64,000 nucleotides of DNA from positions 23,684,001 through 23,748,000 of the forward strand of contig OX597842.1 of assembly GCA_951406725.2 (NCBI GenBank), read 5' to 3'. Positions 13,881 through 27,785 of the stretch are shown here, piece after piece. Made by a program: the position numbers and the translations under genes. Source of the DNA: Octopus vulgaris. Lineage: Eukaryota. Under the pieces are notes generated by a model. It saw nothing but the letters and a program-made list of their open reading frames with translations, ran no database searches and was not told where the DNA came from. Positions within the stretch are counted from its first letter, which is position 1. Every line of letters starts with the position of its first letter.

Positions 13881-13886
<6 letters not shown>
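13718..13886. repeat. Foldback element between (TA)n tracts with a hammerhead-like motif in each arm
   Basis: About 78-bp arms 13718-13795 and 13808-13886; motif ctgt-CCGACGA-acg(g)gaacgt-GAAAC-tcaga-GTA-acag on the minus arm; the plus-arm copy has CTA instead of GTA. Confidence 0.75.
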
Positions 13887-13926
<40 letters not shown>

Positions 13927-13932
<6 letters not shown>

Positions 13933-14440
13933 ATTACGTTATATAACTAGGGTTCAGTAAAAAAATTTACTTTACCACACACCGAACTTTTAGAAATAGC
14001 AGCCAAAAACATTTTAGCTATTTCCTCTACTATAAGAAAAGTCTCCCATACAATGTATACTCAGAAAAAATTCGCGCAGGTATAGAGGGAAAAATAAGGA
14101 AAGACCACACGTACATCGATTACTTGAGAACATCGTTTCTGGATTAGTTAGATATAGAGATGCTAGAAAAATAACAAACAAAATCTTGGTGACGGAAATG
14201 TTGATAGGAGTATGTATTTCTAGCATCTCTATATCTAACTAATCCAGAAACGGTGTTCTCAAGTAATCGATGTACGTGTGGTCTTTCCTTATTTTTCCCT
14301 CTATACCTGCGTGAATTATTTCTGAGTATACATTGTCTGGGAGACTTTTCTTAAAATTTTTTTGGCTGCTATTTCTAAAAGTTCGGTGTGTGGTAAAGTA
14401 AATTTTTTTACTGAACCCTAATTATATAACGTAATGTTTT
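13927..14440. repeat. Large foldback (about 230-bp inverted arms) next to (TA)n
   Basis: 13927-14170 is the near reverse complement of 14217-14440; shares tagaaatagcagc with the 28201-28443 hairpin. Confidence 0.85.
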
Positions 14441-14721
14441 AAATGTACCGTAAATTTAGTTACATATCACAGGTGATATGTAACTAAATTCTTTTTTTAA
14501 ATGACTTGCTTTGAAGTTTTGCATTCGGTAAAATTTTGTTTATTTTAGTACTTTTGACCGCATTGGTCCCTCTTAGCGTGCGGTATCTATGAATAGTAGT
14601 ATCCTCAATATAATATAAATAAATATTTTCAAAGTGGAAAAATTTACGGATTTTTTCTCTTACGAGGTTTTTCACGCTAACTACTGATAATTTCTTATAA
14701 AGATTTTATCCTCAATTTTAA

Positions 14722-14764
<43 letters not shown>

Positions 14765-16360
14765 CTGAGTCTCTATCAGAAATAGAGGAAAAGGTTCAGG
14801 TGTGGAAGCAAAGATTAGAATTGAAGGTCCTTAGAGTCAACCTAGCTAAAACCAAAGTCGTAATAAGTAGCAAGGCAGACAAATCGCAAACCCCTTCAGG
14901 TAGATGGCCCTGCTCAACCTGTCGAAAAGGTGTAGGTAGAAACTATAAGATGTATCCAGTGTAAGCTATGGACACAAAAGAGGTGCAGTAATATCAAAAG
15001 AAGACTAACTGGGAAGATAGTTTTTGTATGTGGCAAATGCTCAGGTGCTATAAACACAGAAAATGCGCAGAGAACAGCTTCTGTCATATTCCAGGGAGAA
15101 AAACTAGAAGTAGTGGATAGCTTCCATTACCAGATTTAGCCTGGTGCAGCCTCTGGCTCACCAGTCCTCAGTCAAACCGACCAACCCATGCCAGCATGGA
15201 AAACAGGCATTAAACGATGATGCTGATGATAATGAGACCTATACATACATACACACATATACACACACATAAACACAAAAATACATAAACAAGTGATCAG
15301 TGAAAATATAAAACACATATGTATAGTATGGCGCTCAGGAATAGAAATAGAACAAGTCTTTTACGTTTTGAGCCTACGCTCTTCGACAGAAAGATACACA
15401 GAGAAAAAACAAGGAGAGAAAAAAATGCATGTAGGAGCTAACGATCTATCATGGTCATATATATATATATATATGTGTATATTGGCAGGGCTGGCCTGCT
15501 AGGTAGCTGGCCGAATGCTAGAAGACCATCAACGATCAAACTACAAGGGAAGTTCTCTAGAGGAAGAATTCATCGAACACCAGAACCAGCATTCGGCCGG
15601 CTACCTAGCAGGCCAGCCCTGCCAATATACACATATATTTGAATTTTCTCTGACTTCTCAGATTTTTGAATGCTGGACTACTGGTTTTAAATTGATATTA
15701 AAATTAATATTAATTTATCTCCCTCAATATTTAAATTTTATATATATATATGTATATATATATATATGTGTGTGTGTGTGTCTGCAGATACAGGTACGAT
15801 ATGAAGCTCATTTATTTGCTCCTCTTTAACTTCATTCCACCTGTTTATTAATCTGATTCTTTCTCTTTTTCTGAAATTTTTCATTTCCATCCACTAGACG
15901 CCACTTTCAATGTTTTTATTGTTTTTCTTTTTTAGGTCACTCAGCGAAATAATGATGGTCGGACACCTCTACGTGTTGCCTCTCTTACTGGACACACAGA
16001 CATTGTAAAACCTCAACAACAGAATGGCATTGATGTCAGTGCTATGACCATCTATGGTTGGACACCTCTACATCTTGCCTCACTTAATGGACACACAGAC
16101 ACAGCTAAACTTCTCCTACAACAGAATGCTATCGATGCCAATAAAGTGAACAAAAATGGTGACACCCGTCTCCATCTGGCAGTTCGAAAGTAAGTCCTCA
16201 ATGGATTTGGATTATCCAAATCTGTTTCTTTAATATTTTCAATAATGTTTGTTTTCTTGTTTTGAGTCATTCATGTCATAATCCCACCATGGGACGTTGT
16301 GCTTCAACTCTCTCTCTCACACTCTAATAACACTGTAATCTATTTACATTAAGTCATCAT
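14765..16360 (+). repeat. Segmental duplicate of 38543-41322 (RTE remnant, intron, ankyrin exon, intron)
   Basis: Co-linear similarity through the RTE fragment (about 1.1 kb deleted at ttccatta|ccagattt, about 15130), its (gat)n tail, the acceptor region, the exon and about 170 bp of downstream intron. Confidence 0.9.
15936..16189 (+). CDS. Orphan paralogous ankyrin exon (2.5 repeats, open frame, phase 0 to 2)
   Basis: ttttttag|GTC...CGAAA|gtaagt; 254 nt; VTQRNNDGRTPLRVASLTGHTDIVKPQQQNGIDVSAMTIYGWTPLHLASLNGHTDTAKLLLQQNAIDANKVNKNGDTRLHLAVR; some framework substitutions; no flanking exons found, may be a pseudo-exon. Confidence 0.6.
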
Positions 16361-16592
16361 CATCATTTAGCGTCCGCTTTCCATGCTAGCATGAGTTGGA
16401 CGGTTCAACTGGGGTCTGGGAAGCCAGGAAGCTGCACCAGGCCCAGTCTGATCTGGCAAAGTTTCTACAGCTGGATGCCCTTCCTAACGCCAACCACTCC
16501 ATGAATGTAGTGGGTGCTTTTATGTGGCACCGGCACGAGGGCCAGGCGAGGCTTGCAACAGCCACGATCGGATGGTGCTTTTTACGTGCCAC
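16355..16592 (-). mobile_element. RTE 3'-end fragment / RTE-tailed repeat
   Basis: (cat)n-ttagcgtccgctttccatgctagcatg...ctggatgcccttcctaacgccaaccactcc; similar copies at about 8320, 34280, 48925 and 59320. Confidence 0.7.
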
Positions 16593-16984
16593 AAAGTACC
16601 GATATTTACTGGAAAATAGCGAACGTAATAAATACTTCTTCACTGTTCTCATTCTGTCAACGTTTTGGTGTTCAGTCGAGTGTATTGGCATGAATGTGGC
16701 AACATTTGAAATGTTGTCGAGGTATATGTTGGCTGATGAAGATAAATCAAGTATATGTGGGCAGACATATCTTGAAAAATCTGAAACCGGTACCACATTA
16801 TCCCTTTCTAGGTATTTCATCTTTCAGATGTTCTCCCTGGAGGTAAGACAATTTTTTTCAAGTTTGTTGCACACACGCATTTTTGCTAGTACATAAGCAG
16901 TGAAGCTATACATTAGCATCGTATTTATTACGTTCGCTATTTTCCAGTAAATATCAGTACTTCATTGTGCCATTTATTTGCTTT

Positions 16985-17025
<41 letters not shown>

Positions 17026-17239
17026 GTGTGTGCCTGTGTTTGTCCCCCCAACGTCGCTTGACAACTGATGCTGGTATGTTTACATCCCCGTTATTTAGTG
17101 GTTCGGCAAAAGAGACTGATAGAATAAGTACTAGGCTTATAAAGAATAAATCCTGGGGTCGATTTGCTCGACTAAAAGGCGATGCTCCAGCATAGCCGCA
17201 GTCAAATGACTGAAACAAGTAAAAGAGTATATCATATGT

Positions 17240-17536
17240 GGAAGCGCAATGGCCCAGTGGTTATGGCAGCGGACTCGTGGTCGTAGGATCGTGGTTTCGA
17301 TTCCCAGACTGGGTGTTGTGAGTGTTTATTGAGTGAAAACACCCAAAGTTCCACGAGGCTCCAGCAGGGATGGTGGTGATCCCTGCTGTACTCTTTCACC
17401 ACAACTTTCTCTCACTCTTTCTTGTTGGCCTGCTCGCTTAGCCAGCAGGCTGTTGTCATTTGAAGGCTAAAACAATGCGAAGTGCATTGTGACCAGTGAT
17501 GTGTAGCAACATCTGATAATCTGGTCGATCACGGTG
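17240..17536 (+). mobile_element. tRNA-derived SINE
   Basis: A-box tggcccagtgg and B-box ggtttcgattcc in a tRNA-like head, followed by a non-tRNA body. Confidence 0.6.
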
Positions 17537-18089
17537 ATATATATATCATATAGAGATTCTTTTTCTATGTAATATATGATGTACCTGTGGGCATTTCACT
17601 TTGACCTGTTGTGTTGTTTTAAGACAGGTCCCCTCCAATGTAGGGGGTGTTTGAATAAAACTCAGGGCTGGTAATGGAAGTAAGAGTTATCTCTATTTTA
17701 TATTCTAGTTTTAGGATCATTGTTAGTTACTAATTACTGCAATTTTTTTATCAGCAGAAAATAAAACTTTATGATTGCATATATAAAAAATAAATCCATA
17801 ATTTTACAATTTAATTATTGATGTGTAGATAAATCCTTTCCTATTAAGACAATGGTATATTTGTGATTTTAATACAAATGTGGTTGTGGAAAAGACACAA
17901 TGACTCTCACCTTCCAAATAACTTGTTATTAGATTCGCTCATGATAGGAAAAAACAAAACTGGTTGAACTGAAATTAAATACAAAAATATTTCAATTACA
18001 TCAAATTTATTTCAGAAAATGATCAATAGTTACTATGAAAATTTATTAGTATTCAAACAAATTATTTGGTATCAAAGTTTGCAGAAATT

Positions 18090-18447
18090 ATCTCTCTATA
18101 TATAAATGGCAAAATGTGTGTGTGTCCCTTATACAAATCCACAATTTTCAGTTAGAGGGCTCACACTTTCAATGGTTATTCAAAACCGTCCATGGGTGGT
18201 CATGCATGTCTTTACATTTCCCCATTCACCCTGCAAAGTCATTAAAAAATCAATAGAAGTGACTTTTTTGTGAATTTTCTATCCAAAACACAATCAAAAT
18301 GCCTGAAACTTGATACGCCAATTGAATGCCAGCTAGCTGTATGTGATTAGTCAGAGATTTGGACAGTACTCACGTGTATGTGCGCTCGCACACAGCTGTA
18401 TATGCACTAGAACTATGACCTGGCGTTGCTGGGTCATAGTGCTAGTC
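18090..18447 (+). mobile_element. Non-autonomous Helitron-like element
   Basis: Starts tc(tc)tatatataaa; ends with hairpin atgacctggc-gtt-gctgggtcat followed by CTAGt, the typical Helitron 3' end. Confidence 0.65.
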
Positions 18448-19219
18448 TATATATATATAAAGCTGAAGTTGTCTGTGTATGGCAGGTTTGGTAGCCTTCA
18501 ACTAACACTGTCTCCTCCGAGACCCTGCGGCACAAATTGACCAAAATTTAGAATATAATAGAAGAAGGCTTGCTCTTCATTCCGTAGAAGATAAAATTCA
18601 AATTGGACCATGTTAAGACCAAAAATTATTTACATCAAAAAGGTTGCTCATAGATAAGTGGTTGAATTTAACAAATGATAAAACCACCGAAAATAATGAT
18701 AATGTAACTAAGGTGAGTCACAAACTTGAAGGAGTATCATGAATTCACAAATAAGTAATCCTCTGAGTACAGCACAATTTCACCTGAAAATAAGGAAATA
18801 TAATGGATTTATTTTTACTTTGAAAAATATTGAAAGACAAGCAGTATCACCCGGCATTGCTCGGGTATGTTTTCTTTACAACCCTTTAGAATAGGAATTT
18901 TTGAAAAGTAAAATTTTTGCATTATGTAGCTTGTTACTTTCTTTAAGTGAACATTTTTCTGGTTAAAATACACTGAAAAATGGTGACACAGCAATCAAAA
19001 AATCATAAAAAAATAGGGATTTTCATAGAAAAAAAGCACCTTTCTGATGTAAATAATTTTTGGTGTTAACATGGTCCAATTAGAATTTTTTCTTCTACAG
19101 AAGGAAGAGCAAGCCTTCTTCTATCATACTCTCAATTTTGGTCAACTTGCACTGCAGGGTCTTGGAGGAGATAGTGTTAGTTGAAGGCTACCAAACCTGC
19201 CATACACAGACAACTTCAG

Positions 19220-19235
<16 letters not shown>
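18448..19235. mobile_element. Tail-to-tail pair (about 200-bp inverted arms) of a second Helitron-like family
   Basis: 18448-18645 is the reverse complement of about 19035-19235; internal hairpin acccggcattgctcgggt at about 18849-18867. Confidence 0.55.
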
Positions 19236-19261
<26 letters not shown>

Positions 19262-19525
19262 CACACTACTCAAAACACCAAAACTTCCCACTGCTTCCTT
19301 TGAATAAGGTGTCTATTTATGTTTAAAATGATGAAGTATATACTTTGTTTTGTGTGGCACGACCACAGTGAACAACAGTTCCAAGGAGGGATCAGGCAAA
19401 AGTGGAGAAATAAAGGATAATGGTGTCGATATCTGGATATATCTCGACTAGAAAGTTCTGTGAATCCAGGGACACATTCTGCTGGCCATGTTAATTTTGC
19501 TGTGCACATGAATGGACGATCTATA

Positions 19526-19576
<51 letters not shown>

Positions 19577-19578
<2 letters not shown>

Positions 19579-19856
19579 TAGAAGAAATGAGGTACTCAGA
19601 AATTCGGATGGTTTTATATTTACAGATATTTATTTGTATATTACATGTTTTTATATATCATAAAACATATATCATATATTAGCACTTTTGCCCATTCTAG
19701 TGGGGTTTTAAAATTGAAAACCCCACTAGAATGGGCGAAAGCGCTAATATATAATATATGATATAAGTTATATGATGTATAAAAACATGTAAAATATAAA
19801 TAAATATCTGTAAATATAAAACCATCCGAATTCCTGAGTACCTCATTTCTTCTAAT
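19577..19856. repeat. Foldback element between (TA)n tracts
   Basis: attagaagaaatgaggtactcag...attctagtggggtttt / aaaaccccactagaat...ctgagtacctcatttcttctaat; apex about 19712. Confidence 0.85.
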
Positions 19857-19885
19857 ATATAATACCTGTACATCATCTACAAACC

Positions 19886-19933
<48 letters not shown>

Positions 19934-20439
19934 TATATAGATACACAGGGGAACATTTTCAGTGAAGAAATTGTGGTGCAATATTTTCATGTTATGTGAT
20001 CTCGACGAATTGCATAGGGGTCAAGTCATGGGTGAATTGAAAACATAATAGTAATATTATTTGGATAATATTCGTTGAATATTTTCAACATAGTGCAAAT
20101 AACGTATCGAACATGGTGGCATTGCTGTGTATAGAGATCTGCTTTTTAAGTCAAGCCCAATAATGATCCCTTCACGAGGTTAATACAATATATATATATA
20201 TTGTTTCCAGAGACATATCTGAGTGTAGGAGGTTTATCTGGGATTTCTCAAAGGAATTTTTCCAAAGACTTCTTGAACTTTATGGGATCTGTTTCTACTT
20301 TAATGTGTTTTGATATCATGTTAAAGAGAATGGGGTCACTTGATGTGAAATTGTTGTTCCGTATTGTTTTTATGAGAGATACCAGTTTGATTTATGTTGT
20401 TGGTGGATAGCACGGGGCAGAAGTCACCCAGACACAACA

Positions 20440-20494
<55 letters not shown>

Positions 20495-21173
20495 TGCATA
20501 TATGCACACACACACACACATATATATATATATGTATATAAACATATAAATAAATACATATATATGTGTGTGTATATATTTATTTATATATATATATATA
20601 CATAATTACATATATACATAAATACATATATGCATAGATGAAGAATTCATGTTTATATATATACATAACTATAGACAGTCATACATACACAACTAAATCC
20701 AAACATAGGTATAAACACACTCACACACATTCACACACACACATAAACAACTACATACTTAAATAAAAATAGAACTGTATACATACAAACACATACACGT
20801 AATTATCTGCATATATGTACATATACATAGCTATTTGCGTACCACCTATTTGTTGCACAATGTAAGATTCATTCAAATGCTGACTCACTATTTCTTTTCT
20901 TTCACAATTCTAAAGAAACTAAAAAATATCTCAGTCTTTTTTCATTACGTCTCTGCATCACTGAACTTTTAACTCTAAAGAAACTTGTCTTTATTCTAAT
21001 CTTAGGTCACCCTTTTGTGTGAATTTAGAAAAATATGTAAAACTAAAATACATATACACCCACACTTATCCACCAATTTATGAATCTGTCTATACATACA
21101 TGCATACATTCATATAAAATATATATGTATGTATATATATTGAATATATATAAATATATATATATGTATGTAT

Positions 21174-21215
<42 letters not shown>

Positions 21216-21577
21216 ATATTAGTAAGTATATCCAAACTCACAGGGAAAAATTAGATTTAGGATTAAATCAAACATACATTAAATTAGAGATAAAACCACT
21301 ATTATGCACATCAAACAGTGATAGACATAAACCAAAACATAAAAAACAAAAAATAAATATAATTGATATAATATACAAAATATATATAAAATATAAAATT
21401 AAAATTATTAAAATTTGAATTTTTTGAATTTATACTTATAAATTTTTATATTTTAAATTTTAAATTTATAAATTTTTAAAACTTCTAATTTTTTTTAAAC
21501 TATCAAATAGTATTAAAAAGTTTAATATAATATAATAAGTAATATAATAAGTAAAAACATATTACTTATTACTTATT

Positions 21578-22452
21578 ACTTGGACTCAATCTACAGATGG
21601 GCTGAGGATAATAATATGCAGTTTAATGCTGAAAAATTCCAGGCCCTGCGCTACCAGCATCCAAAACTGAATATTAAACTTACAGGCTACACCGGTCCAC
21701 AGGGAATTTCAATCCCAGAATCTAAGTCTGTGAGGGACCTGGGTATCGACATGAGTGATGATACCTCTTTCCAAGTGCACATTACCAGGATGGCGACAAA
21801 GTGCAGACGACTGGCTGGGTGGATCCTAAGAACATTCAGAACCAGAGATAAGGAAACCATGATGGTCCTCTGGCAGACATTCATCCTCAGCTGCCTGGAT
21901 TACTGCTCACAAGCAATCCAGAGAAGATTCACAAAGAAGATCGTCTCTTTGCAACAGCTCAGCTACTGGGAAAGGTTGAAACAGCTAAGACTCTACTCCC
22001 TAGAGAGAAGACGGGAGAGGTATGCAGTAATATATGTCTGGAAGATCCTGGAAGGAATTGTGCCAAATTTTGGCATTGTAAGCTACACCAATGCTAGAAC
22101 GGGACGACACTGCATATTGCCAAAGATCCCAGCAATGCCATCATGCTTCAGGACCAGCTTCTGCAACAGCCTGGGTTTCAAGGGCCCACAGCTTTTTAAT
22201 ATTCTCCCAAAGAGTCTGAGGAACTTGCACAAAGTAGATGTAGCGGTTTTTAAATCAAAGCTGGACATCTTTCTGTCAACAGTCCCAGATGAAACTACCT
22301 CACTGCAAGAGGTGCAAATGAGAGTAGCTATATCAAACTCCATTCTTCACCAAGTGCCACATATTAGACGAGGTTTGTCGTAATAACAGAGTAGCACAAA
22401 ACGGCAGTGCATCAGCATGGCCGCAGCTCTGAGCTGAGCTAGAAAAAAAAAA
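21578..22452 (+). mobile_element. CR1-like LINE 3' fragment with poly(A) tail, inserted in the loop of an AT-rich foldback
   Basis: ORF 21580-22383 (WAEDNNMQFNAEKF, VRDLGI, IQRRFTKKI, YWERLKQLRLYSLERRR); A-tail 22443-22452; attacttatta on both sides (TSD-like); flanks 21278-21545 and 22452-22718 are inverted repeats. Confidence 0.85.
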
Positions 22453-22722
22453 TTACTTATTATATTATATTGAACTTTTTAATAATTTTTGATAGTTTCA
22501 GAAAAAATTAAAAGTTTAAAAAATTTATAAATTTAAAATTTAAAATATAAAAATATAAAAATCTATAAATATGAATTATAAAATTTAAAATTTTGAATTT
22601 TATATTTTATATATATTTTGTATATTATATTAATTATATTTATTTTTTGTTTTTTATGTTTAGGTTTATGTGTATCACTGTTTGATTTGCATAATAGTGG
22701 TTTTATCTCTAATTTAATTTAT

Positions 22723-22769
<47 letters not shown>

Positions 22770-22872
22770 TTCAATACGCACATACACGCAACAAAACACA
22801 CACATAACCAGATACACATCTCCACGTAAAACCGAAATACATATACGCTCAGACATATCCACAAATTTATCA

Positions 22873-23810
<938 letters not shown>

Positions 23811-24406
23811 AAGGAAATGAAGAAAATGCTGACAAAATAATTAAAGTAAGAGAGAGTGTATTTAATTAGGTGAAAGTTCTTTTTACCGGTTGCGCATTTG
23901 TTATGCTTATCAAAAGATATTTTTTTAAGAGAGATAGAGTTCCTTTCTGATATATATATATATATATATAGGTATGTATGTATGTATGTATGTATGTATC
24001 TATATAATTTATATCCATTTAAAAGAAGAAAATTAAACAAGATCGGTCCTCATAACATCCAAAAGAACATGTTTTCACTCTGATGAAATTATACACATGT
24101 CACATAAATGTAAATTCAATGTACAAATTTGTAATAATTTCTTTAAATAGCTGTAAGCAGCGAAGATGGCCAATTTGATAAGAAAAAGTATTAAATTCCT
24201 TATCTCTAATTTCTTTATTTCTTTTAAATGAATATAAACCATGTGCTTAGTAAGATCTATATATAATATATATGCTTAATATAGATCTAATGTTTTAAGG
24301 GAATTTCATTCCCCCAAAATTCTAAGTATTGAATCAGTATTTCCTTGAATACAACTATCCCTTCAAAAGGCTAACATATCCCCTAATTACATGTATACAT
24401 ACACAC

Positions 24407-24457
<51 letters not shown>

Positions 24458-25127
24458 TGTTAAATACATTATATGTATGTACATACATATATATATTATA
24501 TGAATGTATGCATGTATGTATGTGGGCGTATATGTATTTCGGTTTTACATATTTTTCTATATTCACACAAAAGGGTGACCTAAGATTAGAATAAAGACAA
24601 GTCCAACCCATGCTAGTATGGAAAGCGGACGCTAAATGATGATGATGATGATGATGATACGTACATGCAGAGTTTTTCAAAAAATTGTGGAAAGCTTACG
24701 TCATACTAAATGAATTGAATTACACTTTGAAAGGATAAATTGTAAACAACATTCAAGGTTACAGAAATTCAGGTCAGTTAAGGAGTGGCTTGATATTGAG
24801 TGAATGTAATATAAGAAGATAGAATGTATAGATAAATAAAATTCCACGAAAAACACAATGAATAGCCTTATTGAGTGAGACAACATACCTCCTGATTATT
24901 ACAACTATAAAACTAGGAATTTAAAATCAATTTTAAATTCATGCAAGAGAACTTGAGGTTCGATATCTTCAACTGAAAACCTCGAAACAAACTTACTCAG
25001 GTGAAAACCTTAAAACTCAAACTTATCCAACTGAAAACTTCTGATTCAACTGATTCAAGGTAAAGAAAAAATTTCCTTGTCTTAAATCTTGTCATATATA
25101 TATTTATATAATATTCTATCCTTTACT

Positions 25128-26245
25128 ACTGAAAGCTACGGCCATGCTGGGGCACACTGCTATTACTGAGAACCTCCTCTGATATGTGGTATTTGGTCAA
25201 TAAGGGAGTTTGATATCATTGCCCTCATTTGCACCTCCTGCTGCAAGGTAGGTTCATCCGGGATTCTCAACTGGAAGAAGTTCAGTTTTCTTTTGAAAAC
25301 ACCTACATCCACTTTGTGTAGATCCCTCACGCTCTTTGGGAGAATATCAAAAAGCTGTAGGCACTTGAAACCCAGGCTGTTGCAGTAAATGGTCCTGAAA
25401 TGTGACTGAAGTGTTGGGATCTTTGGCACTGTGTAGTGGTGACCCGTTCTGGCATTTGTGTAGCTTTCAAATCCAAAATTTGGTACAATCCCTTCCAGGA
25501 TCTTCCAGATGTATATTACTGCATATCTCCCCCATCTTCATTCTAGGGAATAGAGCCTTATCTGTTTCAGCCTTCTCCAGTAGCTGAGCTGTTGCAATGA
25601 GATGATCTTTTTGTAGCTTTGCTTAATTGCTTCAAGGTCCACTGTTAATTTTACACTGTGGGGTGACCATAGTTAGGAGCAGTAGTCCAGGTGGCTGAGG
25701 AAGAATGTCCTCCAGTGGACCATCATGGTTTCTTTCTCTCTGGTTCTGAAGGTTCTCAGGATCCATCCAGCCTGTCGTTTGCACTTCATTGTCATCTTGT
25801 TAAAGTGCACTTGGAAAGTGGTATCGTCACTCATGTTGATACCCAGATCATGCACGAGATTGTAATCCTCCCCCTGGGCCAGTATACCCTGTATGTTTTC
25901 CGTTCAATTTTGGGTGCTTGTAGTGCAAGGCTTGAAATTTTCCAGCATTAAACTGCATATTATTGTCCTCAGCCCATCCAACTCCTGCTGCAGGAATGCA
26001 ATATTGCTGGGGTTCTGTATTTTCTGCGAGATTTATATGTTGTCTCCATAGCTAGCAAGGGTATCCAGGCAGCTGAGAGCATATCTGAGAGGGCTACTAT
26101 GAAAATCAGTGGCTGGCCCTAAGACAGTGCCCTGTGGAACACCACTCACTATTTGTGGTTCCGTTGAAGTGGTACCACTGGCTACCACTGCCTGACTTCT
26201 GTCTTTCAGAAAGTCATGTAACCATTCTCCAAGTTTTCCAGCTGA
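25128..26245 (-). mobile_element. Degenerate CR1-like LINE, same family as 21578-22452
   Basis: ORF pieces 25163-25429 and 25673-25855 (DLGINMSDDTTFQVH, GWILRTFRTREKETMMV) and an SGVPQGTVLG RT motif at about 26120-26150 on the minus strand. Confidence 0.85.
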
Positions 26246-27013
26246 ACAAATAATTTTTTGAGTTTCCTGTTCATCCTGATGTGGGGGTCATTGTCGAGAT
26301 GTGACTTAACTCGTAATCGAATCGCAGCAATGAACTCCTGAAATGGCCATAGGCGTGTTTAACTTGATTTTGTGGAACTCCTTTTGATCCTGGACTCTAA
26401 CCTACCATGGTTTTTATGAACTGAACTTTTTTGATGTACTCTTTCGTTTGAGAGGAGTAAGAAAAATTTTTTTTTTACTTGATTGATATTTTCTTTTCTT
26501 TTATTTGGATTTTTAGTAGTATGACACGCTTTAGAATTTTTGGTTTATTGTATATACCTTCTTGATAGGCCGTTCTATATACCTGCATTTTTTTCGCATA
26601 TATATTTTTTACCTTCGAAGTTTTTTTATACATGTATAATTTATATGTTTAAGAGCTATGATAATATTTATATATGATGAAATGTTTTATATATAAAGTC
26701 ATTGACTCGAATTTGATGTTTGTTTTATGATCAATGTTTCTTTATCTTTGTCTCAATTACATTTGAGCACTTCTTTTTTGTAGTCCTATAAACCCTTTGT
26801 TTCCATAAAAAGGAGACAGAAATTATTTCTTGTCATATATATATATATATATATATATATATGGGGGTGGAGTCTAGCTTGAACCTGCCTGAAATTTGAA
26901 ACAAGATCCACTGGTCCTAGGGGTTGGAGTGTTTCCTCATTAATCATCTAGTCCCCCTTACGAAATTCCTTGTAACACTAAAGATGAACTGAAAGCAAGG
27001 ATTATGGCTGCAT

Positions 27014-27104
<91 letters not shown>

Positions 27105-27105
27105 C

Positions 27106-27177
<72 letters not shown>

Positions 27178-27279
27178 CAAATGTGAGGATAAAATTCTTT
27201 TAAAAAAAAATATTTTCTCGAAAAAATTTTTATCAATGACCAGCATATTAAAAAATACCTTTAACGGTTAAATTTATAA

Positions 27280-27455
27280 ACAATTCATAAATGAGGGCAA
27301 AGGAAAAAATTCTAATGCCAAATATGCCGAAAAATTGGACATATTGTCCATTAACCATATAATTTTTTCACAATACGCACGCAATGGACAATATGTCCAA
27401 TTTTTGGGCATATTTGGCATTAGAATTTTTTCCTTTGCCCTCATTTATGAATTGT
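27280..27455. repeat. Foldback element beside (TA)n
   Basis: acaattcataaatgagggcaaagg...ggacatattgtccatt / aatggacaatatgtcc...cctttgccctcatttatgaattgt. Confidence 0.85.
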
Positions 27456-27501
27456 ATATATATACATATATATATATATATACATATATACATATATATA
27501 T

Positions 27502-27590
<89 letters not shown>

Positions 27591-27609
27591 TATATACATA
27601 TATATATAT

Positions 27610-27664
<55 letters not shown>

Positions 27665-27694
27665 CAATGTCTTGTTGTTGAGATAGGTTCTCTT

Positions 27695-27785
27695 TCTTTC
27701 CTGATGAGAAGATTGCATTATTTTACACCGTTTATTCCTTTGGAATAAAACCAATGTTGTCTTTGAAACATATGTCGAATGTAAA
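27695..27785 (+). ncRNA. Type I hammerhead ribozyme with canonical core, in a solo Penelope-like 3' end (about 27665-27980)
   Basis: ttc-CTGATGA(27701)-gaagattgcatt...aatgttgtcttt-GAAA-catatg-TC(27776)-gaa; palindromic stem III ACATATGT, GUC triplet; long stem II with inner hairpin tttattcc-ttt-ggaataaa; homologous to 47718-47803. Confidence 0.75.

Noticed and set aside
17240-17320. tRNA gene candidates (also 43581-43650 and 35400-35472)
   Set aside because: A and B boxes are present but I could not fold a full cloverleaf, and each continues into a repeat body; treated as SINE heads
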